This document shows, piece after piece, positions 35,347 through 47,717 of a DNA stretch of 64,000 nt. How positions within the stretch are numbered: the stretch's first letter is position 1; each line of letters starts with the position of its first letter. The notes under the pieces are model-generated. The model was not told the origin of the DNA, did not search any database, and worked only from the letters and a program-made list of their open reading frames with translations. Source of the stretch: Saprolegnia diclina VS20 (Eukaryota); assembly GCF_000281045.1 (NCBI RefSeq), contig NW_008246075.1:777344-841343 (forward strand), given 5' to 3'. The translations under genes and the position numbers were made by a program.

Positions 35347-37477
35347 CGAGCGTCCGCGCATTTGTCGATCGAAGACTCTTCCGGCCTCAACACCCTACTG
35401 TAGCCTATTTATTCGAGCCTAAGTGTTAGCTTTTCGTTGCAGCATCTAATACTCACCGTGTTCTGCTTCATCATCATCGGATGCAGTGCTGCTTCCTCGC
35501 GACCACCTCGTCTTCCGTGTCGCGCGTGCCCAGCTGGCGCCGCCTCAAGAATGGCGGCCGCCCAAACAAACTGCGCGACGAACGCCGGCGGCCCACTCTG
35601 CACCGATCATTCGTCTTCGCCGCCGTTCATTGGCCATTCAAAAGTGCATACCGGCGTATGATTGGTCCATTCCGTGGAATGCGATGGGATTGGTCAAAAT
35701 GCAATTCATGCTCTTGGGCAATGTGGGCGGCTTGCGTGCATGAGCAGGCTCGGCGGGTACCATCAATCAGCTCCCAGACTCTGGGAGGACAGACAAGATG
35801 GCTGCCCGTCGTCGTACCGGTACTAGTACATATATCTACTGTACAAGCGTCGTCGTTTTACGGTATTAATTGTCGATCCCCGCGCTGACCGTGCGTGCGA
35901 CCAGAGGGGATAAAACCATCGAAGCATGGCGCCAGGTTGCAGCCACATCTGTCTAACCGCGACAAGCTTGCTCGCCCCGTCGTATTGGTCGGTAGCCGGC
36001 AGCTACCACGCCGAGCTATAGCTACGGCGTACACTGTACGACGCGCAGGCAGACGACGCTGGTCGTGACAGACGAGGGTGCATGCCGTTGTGCTCGCACT
36101 GCCTATGCGCCGCATCCTGCGCTGTCTTTGTCCGCATCTTGCCTCGCGTGTTGCCCTGTAACCTGCTCGCTTGGCTCTGGCACAGCCTGTCATGGCGCTA
36201 GCTTTCCCGGCACGGAGCCGTGTATCAATCCTTCGACTGCTCAACTTCGCAAGTGGACCAATCCCATTGCACGCTTTGTTTGAATTCTCTTCGAACTACG
36301 AATCAAACTTGAGGTTGAAGTGCGCCATTCACGTTGATCGACGGCGTCAATGACGAGCGTGCACGCGTTCTCAGGTGGCTTCGATCGACAGAACTAAGTA
36401 CTACTACGTAATCCTCGGAGCCTCGAATGATAGCGGTCGTCGTCCGGCCCTCTTGGGTTCGTGGTTCGACCAACAACCAACGAGTCGGGTCGGCCACATC
36501 CTGTGCCCACCCCACAGGCATTCTTTGCGTAGTCTGGATCTGGCAAGCTCCGTTGCGACTCACAGATGCTACATGGTCGGTCACGCTTCTTTGACGAGCT
36601 ACTTTGGAGCTACTTTTATTTCTGAGCATTTTGTCCCGGCATTTTTGTCCCGTTTGTCCGTTGCCCCCTCTTTTTACTGCCTCGAAGAAGAAGAACGCGT
36701 GCGACAGGAGGGCGACGTGGCACGATTCGTGCGGCCACAGGCGCCGCGTTGGCAGCTGGCGGTCATTTCTTGGCTCGGATTCCGCGCGTCGTACAGTCAG
36801 TATAGTCTCGGCGTGTGTACTTGTAGCTGACAATGGCGTCGGCCAAGGTCGTAAGTAGCTGCGAACCAGAAGCAAACCATCGAATGTCCCAAGCACCTAG
36901 TACCACAATGCACTGCACACGACGGCTCGGATTGTCGAGCGTTTAGGACCGTGGGGATCGGCTGCTCAACACAGCGCAGTCGTACGACTTGCTTACTGGA
37001 CAGCTCGACAAAGCAATCGAATGCAGCCACTGACGCGCAGGGCCCACGGAGCTGACCCACGGGGTTTGAAGTGGCGATGTGGCCCCTCTGGAAGCCGTCG
37101 ATAAAGTATGGCGCCCTGTATCTACCTACAGGTATTGCTCGCTAGGCCCTATATCCGTACTAGCAGGGCCATGCGAGCAGTGCCGGTCGTCGGTAGGCTC
37201 GTGGTGGCTGCGGTGTGTACGTCAGGGACTGCAGAGACCCCACGTTGGCTTCTCAAGTCGCAGTCGGCAACGGTGGGTACCAAGTAGAAGCTCATGGCCC
37301 AAGAGCTCTAAGAACTCGTAGCATTCGCCTTGGCAAATGCTCGTTTTGCGATTCCTTGTCGCTATAGTCATAGCAATGTCGAGTGATATTGCGCAATACT
37401 GTCGATATTTCCACTTGATATTTCCGGAAAAAACCCAAAATAGCGCAGCGTCGGCAATTAACGACCAAGAACTGAGC

Positions 37478-38458
37478 ATGGGCGTCTCGGGCAGCATCGT
37501 CCGCCACAACCACGGGTCGGCGGGCCGCCACGGCAACAACCCGCCGCCGCTGTACGGCGACCCGACGAGCGGCAATCCGTCGGCGCCGCCCGTCATGTAC
37601 ACGCAGGCGCAGATGCAGGCGCTGTACATGAGCCGCGGCCGCGCCGACATGGGCTTTCTCCAGTCGCAGATGGGCGCCGCGTTCCAGGCCGCGCCCGAGA
37701 TGCAAGAGACAACGACCGTGCGCAACGACGTCAATTTGAAGAAGCAGTCGGTCGCGCTCACGACGTTGGCGACCGGCGAGTGCGTGCTCGAGTTCCTCTT
37801 TGACAGCGCCAAGCCCTGCAGCATCTTGCTCTACTTCAACGCACTCGAGACCATTGACGACGACGGCAACTCGAGCTTTCTCAAAAAAAAGCCCGAGCTC
37901 AACCCGAACCCGGACCCGCTGCCCGTGTACCCGGCAGCGCTCGGCCAAAGCTTTGCGACGCCGCCGTTCGACCTCGCCGCGTGGCCCATCCTCGAGACGA
38001 CGCACCAAGCCAACACGACAACGTTTCCGCTCATCGTCGAGATTCAAGTCCATGTCGACGGCCCGTCGCCGCCGCAGAAGCAGTCGACGTTCCTCTCGTT
38101 CCCCAAGGTGACGCGCGGCGACGATACGACCTTCAAGGCGCACATCCTCAAGCAAAAAGTCCAAGTCCAAGGCCAAACGTACGAGCTCCAAGAGATTTAC
38201 GGTATGGACGGCTCGATAGCTGCCGCGCCCAAGTCACCGACCGACGGCGATGCCGAGGCCAAAGCAGCGGCCACCGACGACGTCCTCGAAGGCGCCGAGT
38301 GCATCATCTGCCTCTGCGAGCCGCGGAACACGACCATCTTGCCATGTCGACACATGTGCATCTGCCTCGAGTGCTCAGAGGCGCTCAAGAAGCCGGGCAG
38401 CACGTGCCCGATCTGCCGCACCAAAGTCGAATCGCTCCTGCAGATCCGCGTGACCTAA
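37478..38458 (+). CDS. RING-HC E3 ubiquitin ligase, MGRN1/RNF157/LOG2 family
   Basis: N-myristoylation-type start MGVSGS, VRNDVNLKK, LKQKVQVQGQTYELQEIYG and CIICLCEPRNTTILPCRHMCICLEC...CPICR. Confidence 0.93.
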   Translation: MGVSGSIVRHNHGSAGRHGNNPPPLYGDPTSGNPSAPPVMYTQAQMQALYMSRGRADMGFLQSQMGAAFQAAPEMQETTTVRNDVNLKKQSVALTTLATGECVLEFLFDSAKPCSILLYFNALETIDDDGNSSFLKKKPELNPNPDPLPVYPAALGQSFATPPFDLAAWPILETTHQANTTTFPLIVEIQVHVDGPSPPQKQSTFLSFPKVTRGDDTTFKAHILKQKVQVQGQTYELQEIYGMDGSIAAAPKSPTDGDAEAKAAATDDVLEGAECIICLCEPRNTTILPCRHMCICLECSEALKKPGSTCPICRTKVESLLQIRVT

Positions 38459-38574
38459 GATCTCTTATATATCTAAATATATTGATACCTAGTTGATACT
38501 AGTATGTGCTGATACAACGATGGCAAGAGAAAGAATTGAAAGAAGGTGAGCCTAACGGGTTACGACGACGACGA

Positions 38575-40363
38575 CTAAGAGCTACGACTATCGCTGGCGA
38601 CGACTACGCCTGCTGGTAATATCGGTCCAGAGCGTGATGGGACTTTTTCACGGGCGACTCGATCGAAGGGTAGTAGCGGGACGTCGGCGGCGGCGTGTAC
38701 TTGGTCGGCGAGTACTCGTCGAAGCGGAAGTGTCGGCTTGGCGTGCCCTTGAGCGACGCCGACTCGTACGACCGGCTTTTCCGCGGCGGCGTCGGGAGAC
38801 TTAGATGGACGTCGTTGTTGTTGCCGCTGTACGACGAAGACGACCCGCAATGACTGCACACGGGGCTGTGGTCGGAGCTGCCAGAGTGGCACGACGAGTT
38901 GTTGGGCGACGAGTTCGAGTACGTTCGAGAGAGTGTTTCGACCCTAGGATGCGGTGAGCACGATGGACACGGCGCTATACATGGGTACAGGCGCTCGCGC
39001 TTCTTGACGTCCAGTTCTCGTCGTCGCAAGTCGTCTTCAGCCTCTGTGGCACCACGCATTGATACAGAGTTGATACTTTGTCGTACAAGTACCTTTGATT
39101 TGACTCTCGCGGACGAGAAGCACGGCTTCTTGCCGGCGCAATTCCTCTTCGATCGCAAGAAGCTCCTTCATTTTGGCCGTGTACCTAGGGACAAGCATGG
39201 GCGACGCACGCTTCTTGCAGCATGTACGTTTCGTGAAGCGACGCTTCGGCCAGGGACATGGAGTACGTCTGCAGACGACGCGCCAGTTGTGGGATCCGTT
39301 CGAGGTCTTCGATCCGTGGCCGGCGTGACCGCTACGAGCGTTGTCAGTCATACAGGCAGGCCACCGAAAGCGTCCACCTGGCGGTGCAGCATCCATTTGA
39401 TGGCTTGAAACAGGTCTTCCGAGTACGCGTCGGGGATGCGGGCGAACTTGCCGGCGTTGATCTTCTTGGCCAAGGCGAGTTGGTTGGTCGCATCAAAGGG
39501 TGGTCTACAGCAGGGTCAGTTTATAGAGCGACCGATCATGCATACGCAAGCGCCGCCATTTCGTAGAGCAAGCAACCCAGGGCCCAAATGTCGGACCGCT
39601 CGTCGTACGTCATCTCGTTGACCATTTCCTGTGCGCTTACGTCAGACGCGCCGCGATATACGAAGCACTGTACCGGACTCATATAGTACGGCGTTCCGAC
39701 GTTGGTCTGCGCAAACTTGGACTCGCTGCTGAGCTCCTTGGCGAGGCCAAAGTCGCCAAGCTTGGCGTTGCTCTAGTAACATAGACATGAGCGCCTCATC
39801 GTGGTTTGCAGTCGGCGGCAATACCTGAGCGTCGAGAAATATATTGCCAGGCTTGATGTCGCGGTGCAGGATTGGCCGGACAGTACTGCCTTCGCGATGC
39901 CGGTGGCACTCCTTCAAGGCCATATAGAGCTGCGTAAACACCTGCCAAATGAAGGCTTCTTCGATGGTCGACCTAGCCAGTGCATGAGTCGTCGGTGCCA
40001 ACAAGGTCCTCGCCGTACCCTTCGCGGCGCTTGCGCTTGATGAGCTGGCTCAAGTCGCCGCCCTCACAGTACTCCATGACGATGAAGATCTTGGACGACT
40101 GCTTGTCAATGACGCGGTCAAGGTAGCGCACGATGTGCGGGTGGCGCAGCTCGCGCAGGATGTTGACCTCGCTCACGATGAGCTGCTTCTCCTTCTCGGT
40201 CATTTGGCCATAGCCGACCTCCTTCCACACGAGCTCCTACGCATGCTGCGTCGGCCGCCGCATCGCATGGAGGGCGTACCTTGCCGTCGGTCTGGCGCCG
40301 GATCTTGCTCACGACGCCGAAGCTGCCCTTCCCGATGACCCGGATGTGGTCGTATTGGTCCAT
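38575..40363 (-). CDS. NIMA-related Ser/Thr kinase (NEK2-like), multi-exon
   Basis: IGKGSFG, VWKEVGYGQMTEKEKQLIVSEVNILRELRHPHIVRY, MEYCEGGDL, HRDIKPGNIFL, DFGLAKEL and GTPYYMSP, then a coiled-coil and Ser-rich tail. Confidence 0.95.
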
Positions 40364-40793
40364 CGTCGCCCGTCTTGGAATGGGCTCTTGATCTTTCGCG
40401 GCTTTTGGGGCTTGAAATTACACTTGTTTTTTGTATGCGTTTTTAAACCAGCGGGAGATTACGACTGCATCTCTTTTTACGACCGATGATTGGCCAAAAT
40501 GCGTTCGAACATCCAAATGTACACCAATCATCGCTGTTCGTCGACTTTTTCCACCAATCGTTTCGAGGCAGCTCGGTGGACGACGCGCAGACCCAGGAAA
40601 CGGCCGACGCTTCCGAGCCGGCAGATGCTGCGAGGACGGACTCTCCCGGCGGCGCTAGCTCCACCATGGGCGCGCCGACGACCTAATGTACGCACATGGC
40701 CTACTGGCGCCGCTTGCATCCCACTGAATGCATGGGCCTTGGGATGCGATACGCGGAAGAGACGGGCGAGGCGGCTTCAAGTTGATCGCGTAG

Positions 40794-42567
40794 TTAGAGT
40801 CCTCGGTCTGCAGACGACTGGAATGGCTTGGGTGGCACGTCGCGCGCCTTGCCAAAGTAGCGTAGCGCGGCCGGTGGCGTATTGGCCGTGGGCAGCAAGC
40901 AGCTCAAGTCGCGCTGGTCATCGATCCACGTCTGCAGTAGCGCGTCCATGGCGGCCGTCAGCTTGGCCTCAGCGTTTTCCCACGCGCCACCGTCATCTTG
41001 CTGGTCGAGGTGGATCATGGCCGCGGGCACAGGCGGGTGCACTGTCTGCTTGAGTGCATGCTCCTTGTCATGCTTGTACTCGCGCAGTTGCTGGCTCAAG
41101 CTTTGCTCAAAGAAGCGCTGCTCCACCTTGGCGAGACGCCGCGTCTCGGCCTCCGTGTGCGCCCGAGAGAGCGCGGCGAGCAACTCTGGTGGCCGTCGAT
41201 GCAGCGTGCACGTCGACTCGGAGAGGTTGAAGAGCGCCTTATGTCGCCGAATCATCTCGGCCCGGTAGTGCTACGTGATACAACATGACATCCATCGACT
41301 TCACTGAGCATCCAGTCCACCTTGCGTTCGCGGAGGGTCACAAGATCATGCTGCACGTCGCGCCGCGCTTCCTGGACGCCCTCGAGCTTGGAGAGCTTCG
41401 TGCGCTACACCCACCGGTTCATGCTCCAGTCCTGCAACCCTTGTCACATACGTTGGTGAAGGCCTTGGCGCACGCACTGGCTTCTTCCATGGCTTGCTTG
41501 TTGACCTCGAAGCGCGCTTTCTTGGCGCGCGCATGCACATGTCGCTTCTCCGTGATCTCTACAATGTCATCCATTCCGCCGGCGCCATCACGGAACCAAC
41601 GCACCGCCGATCTGAACATGCCTCGCCACCATGCCCACGTTGGCGCTGAAGTGCTGGGCGAGCGCGACGTTGGCCTGCACTGCTTCCCTACGTGCCATAA
41701 GGTCGCAAGAGCCGCTCGGTGTTCTACGCACCGCTGCCGCAACGCGTCGTCTCGCTGCGCCACGACCTTGTCGCGCTTCAGCGCCACGTCGGCCTCCTAC
41801 CGCAGACGTCCCGCCAAACGACTCAGTGTGATTTTGCATACATTTTTGGCCAAGCACGACGCGCTCAAGCTCGTGCGCAGTACAGGCTGGCTCTTGGACG
41901 CACGCAAGCAGCCGCTCTGCGCGAGCCACACGACGTCGTTGGCGTCGCGCTCTTGCTGCGCCTTCATCTACGCGCCATCCTGCAGTGTCACCCGCCTCGC
42001 CACACAGCTACGTACAGGGTTGCGTCGACGGACGTGCTCGCGGGGCGAGAAGGCGCGGGCTTCTTTGTCGCGGGTGCATGCCAAGGCGAACGGGTGCTCG
42101 GCATTGCCACCGCCATGCCTCGTCTCGCTCGCCAGGCGGTCCTCAAGGCAGAGGCCGTAAAAGCAGTAGCACGCGTCGACAAATTCGCCAAAGGCGACAC
42201 GCGCGTCGTCGGCGCGCGGGTGCTGCAGCCACGCGTCCAGCGTATGGCGATCGACAGCGAACGCGCCCGTCGACGTGAGCTGCCGCAACGCCGTAAGCGC
42301 CATCGAGTGGCCGCCGACGTCGCGCTCGCAACGCGCAAAGAGGCGCTTGCATGCTTGGAGAAAGCGTGGCGTGTACTTGGCCATGCCCCGCGATGGCGGG
42401 TACGCAACCGACGACGACGTCGCCGCCCGCTCTTGAATGCGCGTCGACGTGCGCTCGTTCACGAGCTTGCGGATCGTCTTGGCGGCCGCGGTGCCGCCGA
42501 GGTCGAGCTGACTCTGCGCATGCCGTGTCAAGTACGCCGGGTCCTCTGGGTCCACGGCGTCCTTCAT
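40794..42567 (-). CDS. Uncharacterised coiled-coil protein, multi-exon (3' end uncertain, may extend to about 40450)
   Basis: Consecutive minus-strand ORFs (41968-42672, 41419-41787, 41346-41540, 40794-41255) with host codon usage, separated by short GT-AG gaps. No recognisable catalytic motif. Confidence 0.55.
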
Positions 42568-42821
42568 CGACGGATTCCTAATTTTAGACCAGACATGGAA
42601 CTGGGTCTGTCTCCGGTCCACCTCACCATGGACAATATTGTCGAGACTAGGGTCTTCTATCTCACCAGGCAACTCGTGTCGCTCGAGGTGTAGGGAAGAA
42701 TCGGTGCGCTTCTTCGTAGACCCTAGCCCTCGCTACTCGTAAGTGCTAGCCCTCGCTACAAACTCTCTGTCCATGGACGTGGGGCCAGTAACGCAAAGAC
42801 GGGGCCAATATGCATTCGGAC

Positions 42822-45800
42822 TTAGGCCTCAAAGCGGCAGAGCACGGTCGGGATCTTGTAAACCACGTCGTCGTCGTCCGAGCACGACGTTTGAAACTCG
42901 ACAAACGGGCGGTCGCAGTCGACGAGGCCTTGGTACCGTTCGGCGACCCACGCGCGCAGCGGCGTCTGCAGCTTCTCGTTGTAGAGGGCCTTGAGATTCG
43001 CGCTGAACGCGTTGCGGTCGTAGAGCATGAGGCCGCGCACGGGGCTAAACTTGGGGTCGGCGTCCCCGAGCTCGGCGGCCGCGTGGAAGAGCAAGTTGCA
43101 CGTCAGCCCCGTGGTTTCTTGGAGCTTGTCGAGGAACTCGGCCGTCGTAACCTCGCTTGGCACACGCAGCATGGTCGCGTCCCACTTGGTGAAGCCCGGC
43201 GGCTTGCACTTGACGTCGGCCATCTCGATCGGATCGTACTCGTCCTTGGCCTTCTCCGGCTCGGCCGGCTCTTGCAGGAGGTACATGTTGAGGCCCAGCG
43301 AGTTGGACGAGTCCTTAAACTGGTCGAGCTTCTTGTCCTGGACGATCTTGAGCAGCTCGATCATCGCAAGGCCCGTCACCGACGCCGTCGTCGTCGCGAT
43401 CGCAGGAATGATCTTGCCCGCAATCATCTTGCACTTGTGGCGCGAGACCGGCTTGATGCGGTAGTTCCACGCGCGCAAATTCGCCGCCGACGCGATAAAG
43501 TCAATGTGAAAGTTGGCGTCGTTGTCCTTCTCAAAGTCGGCCGGCACCAACCGGTTGCAGTGCGCGAGCGCCTCGGGCGACAAGCTCGCAAGCGCCTCGA
43601 GAAGCGTCGCAAGCTCGGTCGCCTCGGCGTCGTTGCCCGTCTTGGCGGCTTGCTGCGCTGCGAGCTCCTCGTCGTTTTCAGCGATCGTCTCGGTCGACGG
43701 CGCCCACTCGGGGAGCTCGTGCGCGACTGCAAACTCGGCAAACGTCGCCGGCGCGCGGAGGAGCGAGTGCGGCGGCACCGTCTCAGCTTCGGGCAGCGGC
43801 TGCAAGCCAAAGTTGACCGCATACAAATTCGCGGCCGACCGCACGAAGTCCAAATGGTTGGGGAAATCTTCGAAATTGAGGTCGGTCGCCGCCTGGGGGA
43901 ACCGCTTGGCGCCCGACCAGAAGCGCTCGCCCGTCTTGGTCAAGTGCTCTTCGGGAAAGTTGTGAATGAGCTGCAAAATGCGGTCGCGGAAGAGCGAGCA
44001 AAAGAGCGTTTGCGCCATCTCCATGCACGCGTCAAAGTCCACGTCCGGCGTCATCACCAGCTTGTGCAGCGCGCGGACCCTACCCACAGGTGCTACATAA
44101 CGAAAGATACAAACGCACAATGTACCGTTCGAGCTCGTGGCTAATGGCCGACGCGCCTTGCTTTTGGTTCGGGTGGTCGAGCGTCGCCTTGCGGACCGTC
44201 TCAATGTACGTGCTCGGGTCGGCCGCAAACTTGGCCACGTCGCCAAAGGGCACGACAAACACGTCTTCAAACTGGGCCCGGGCCCACTCGATGCAGTGCT
44301 CGATGAGAGACGGAAAGTTGCGCAGCGTGCACATGGGGATGTTGTCGTCGGCCGCGTCCTTCGGGCCGTCAGCGTACGACGCCGTCTTGAACGGCAGCAC
44401 GACCTGCACGTTGCACTTGGTGCCGAGCGTGCCACTCTCGAGCAGCGGCTTCTTGTAAAAGACGCACTTGCTGTCGACGTACAGGCGCGCCTTGACGTTG
44501 TCGAGTGCGTTCGTGACAAAGTCCAAGTCGGACCAAAAGCCGTCGTGGAACACGTGCTCGGTCGTCGGCGCGACGAGTTGCTCGAGCGTCTTGACCTTGA
44601 GCGACGCGTTCATCGACCGCACGGCCTGCGTCGCGGCCACCGACTTGGGCTGCCCGACGTTGTGCTCGCGGAAGAGGAACTGGCGGTTGAGGTTGCTCAC
44701 TTCGATGCGGTCATTGTCCGTGACCGTCACGAGCCCGTCCGGACCGCAGCCGAGACCGACCATGGCAAAGTTCTTGAGGTACTCGCAGCCGAGCGCGCCA
44801 CAGCCGACGAGGAACGTCCGGCTGTTGCCTACGTCACCATGAGCAACCCTAGCCCAACAAGCTAACGAGGCGTACCGAGCTTGGCGTGAAAGTCGGCACC
44901 AAAGAGCTGAAGCAAGTGGTCGTAGCGTGACTGCTGCGGCGCGTTATCCGTCGGGATCACCTCGGGGAGCACCTCGACCACGTCCAAGTGCATCCACTGC
45001 TTGAGCGGCGTAAATTTGCCGGTAAACTTGACGATTTCCTGGGCGACGATACCGCCGTAAAAGGCAGCGAGCGGGTGGAGCTCGATCGACGCCACCTGTG
45101 CGAGCTGCGTCAAGAGCTTCTCATCGAGCTCTTCCAGCGTCAGGGGCTCAATGTCGTCATGCGCCGGCAGACCTTCTTTCGCAAAAGCCACCTACAACGC
45201 CACCGAATAGCTCAGACTTTGAAAAGCCCGAGAGACAAAGCAAGCACATACAACGTGGGCCGCGTCGTCGGCGTTGTACACGCGGGGGAGGTGGCCGTAC
45301 GTCTCCTCAAACTTCATGAGGCCCCAGAGCAGGAGATGGAGCTGCTCGGCGCGGCCTACGTTAGCGTACTGCGTCAATCCCATTCTAGTAAGAGAAGAAA
45401 AAGCGGGAAAAGGCAACAAAAAGCGGGGAAAAAGCAACAAAAAGCGGGGAAAAAGCAACAAAAAGCGGGAAAAACAACAAAAAGCGGGAAAAGGCAACAA
45501 AAAGCGGGAAAAAAACAACAAAAAGCGGGAAAAAGCGTACCAAACTTGGCGCCGTCGGTGAACATGAGACCGTAGTCGCCCGGGTGCACGGGCGAGACAA
45601 GCGCATCGCGGAACGAGCGGAAGGACGTCGTGAACGGCTGCTTGGATTGCGTAAACATGCCGCCGCCGAGGTACGGCGAGAAGCGGTCCGTGCCACCGAC
45701 AATGTGAAAGCGGTACGGGTCGAAGACTTCGACCTGCTTGCCGTTGCGGAACACCTTTTTTGTCGCAAACTTGATGCGGTACGGACCCATGGTGTTGATA

Positions 45801-46725
45801 CTCTGGGACGGGTCGTCGAGGCAGACCATGCCCTCGACTTCGCTGATCTCGACCCAGCCGTCGTGGTCCGAATCCGGGAGCTCGTGCATCTTGCCGTCCT
45901 CGTCGGGCCCGAGGAGCGACACAAGGCCGTCCGCGTCACTCGAGATGTCGGTGATGATGCGCGTGATCGGGTTCTCGCCCGTCGCGTCGTGCGTCGTGAA
46001 CGCCGGGCCAAAGTCCGTGAACGCGTAGCCAAACGCGCCAGGAATGTCGCACGCGATGAAGCCGATTGACGGCGACTGCGCGCGGCAAAACGCGTTCCAG
46101 CGCGCGAGCTCGGCGCGGCGCGAGTGCGTAAAGACCACCACGTTGTGGCGCGCGACGACGTCCTCCGTGAGGCTGCCCGTGTGCACCTTGAGCGTCACCA
46201 TCTTGTTGAGCTCGGCAAGCTACACACGTCGCGTCGTCAGTATACATGGCATCGCGGTAAGGACGTACGCGGTGCGCCACGGCGGCGGCGCGGGGTGTGC
46301 CAACGTCGTCTTCGGTCAAAAAAAAGTTGACGCCAACGTCCTTAATGTCGGTGATCTCGTCTACACAGCGCTGAGCACCCCAGCACGACCAGATAGGATG
46401 ATCTACCGTCGTAAATGGTCACGGCGCCGGGCCCGGCGAGGACGAGGTTCTTGGCACACTCGATACCGACGCCACGCATGCCCACGATGAGCACCTTGAG
46501 CTTCACAAGCTAAGAAGGACGCATGCATGAGCGGTTTGGCCATCGCATCTCGTGTACCTTGGCCATGGTCTCGAGGCCAAAGGCGCCGATCTGCCGGCTG
46601 TACTTGTCCATGAAGCCAGCATCTCCTTCCAGGCTCTCCATCGTCTTGAGCTTCTTCGTCGGCGGACTCGTTGCGTCTTCGTCGGCGACCCGCTTCGTCG
46701 TCGAAAGCCAAAATGGCGTCGTCAT
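42822..46725 (-). CDS. UBA1: Ubiquitin-activating enzyme E1, multi-exon
   Basis: YSRQIGAFG, VGCGALGCEYLKNF, DNDRIEVSNLNRQFLF, ALDNVKARLYVD, catalytic PMCTLRNFP, FWSGAKRFP, FEKDND, IAGKIIPAIATTTA and a C-terminal UFD. Confidence 0.96.
45398..45537. repeat. Intronic minisatellite, about 7 copies of a 19-21-nt unit AAAAAGCGGG(G)AAAA(AG/GG/A)CAAC
   Basis: Directly visible tandem array within the 185-nt UBA1 intron 45356-45540. Confidence 0.95.
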
Positions 46726-47089
46726 CACAATCCGTGCTCTTCTGGGGCAAGCGCCGAGTGCAAATTCTCGCATTTTATTAAAATTCCTATAGAAAGCGAC
46801 GCATAATTTAATTCGAAGCGTCGAGTGGCCCAACAGGCTTGGGCGGCAGCGTACGGATAATTCGTGTATCCGGACACCCACGCGATCTTTCGTCGCAAGC
46901 TGCCACGTTTCCAGCCGTCGCCAGAAGAAAGGCTCTGCGTCTACGAGACGAGCTTGCTTGCTCGCTGGCTCCCGCGCCGCTTCGAGTGCTGGTCCCTGAA
47001 TAGGCCTGCTGCATTGTCCCATATCGCCTTGGCTCGATGCTTGGTGAGTGAAGTTCACGGCCGGACCAACGGACCACTGGGCGAGTGAA

Positions 47090-47143
47090 GTCGGTGCTTT
47101 GAGAGGTCGAGAGGTCGTTGCTTTGAGAGGTCGAGAGGTCGGT
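47090..47143. repeat. 24-bp tandem duplication with an internal GAGAGGTC repeat
   Basis: TGCTTTGAGAGGTCGAGAGGTCG at 47095 and 47119. Confidence 0.85.
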
Positions 47144-47452
47144 CATTGCTCCATGAGTCTTTTATACCCGGAATGATCAATGAGCTCGATCGCGCATGTG
47201 GGCGTTGACAAGGGACATCACCTAGCAGCAACAGAGAAGGAGGCCATAACGCTGCGAGACGGCGAGGGCGACTCGCGGCTCGCCAAGTGGTGCTATTCGC
47301 GAGCTATGCTAGGCTTTCCATGGCGGTACGAACTGTTTGAGGGTGGCACTTGGCGGCTGCGAGCCTCGCACGCAGAGCCATACGAGCCTTTAGGAGCATT
47401 GCGTCAAGGTCATGGGCGTATGCCACGCTGTATGGATAGTCAAGTGTCATCT

Positions 47453-47717
47453 CTAGGCTTTGCCTTCCTTGGCCTCGCGCTTGGCCTTGGCAGCGGCAAT
47501 CTTGGCGGCTTGTGCCTGTACAGCGGTGATGTTGCATCGAGTTGGTCGGAATGGCGTCATCGCCTACCTCTTTGCGGCTGGCAAACTTGCCGCGGTTGTG
47601 GTACACGGTTGACGCTTGGCCAGACGCGAGCGTCGCAGCGACGGCTTCTGCCGCCGTCTCTCGGCAGGCCTCGGCCAGCTTGGCGGCGACGCGGCGATCG
47701 GCTTCTCTTCCGGCCAT
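47453..47717 (-). CDS. Small basic Ala/Lys-rich protein (70 aa, 2 exons)
   Basis: Exon 47568-47717, a 52-nt GT-AG intron and exon 47453-47515 give MAGREADRRVAAKLAEAC...YHNRGKFASRKE-AQAAKIAAAKAKREAKEGKA*. Confidence 0.65.

Noticed and set aside
45398..45537. Repeat array as a possible CRISPR or telomere
   Set aside because: There are no unique spacers or cas genes, the context is a eukaryotic intron, and the unit is not TTTAGGG-like.
45192..45575. Repetitive ORFs (FPAFCC / KKQQKAG)
   Set aside because: They are translations of the intronic minisatellite. Splicing 45356-45540 restores UBA1 (AKFG-RAEQLH).
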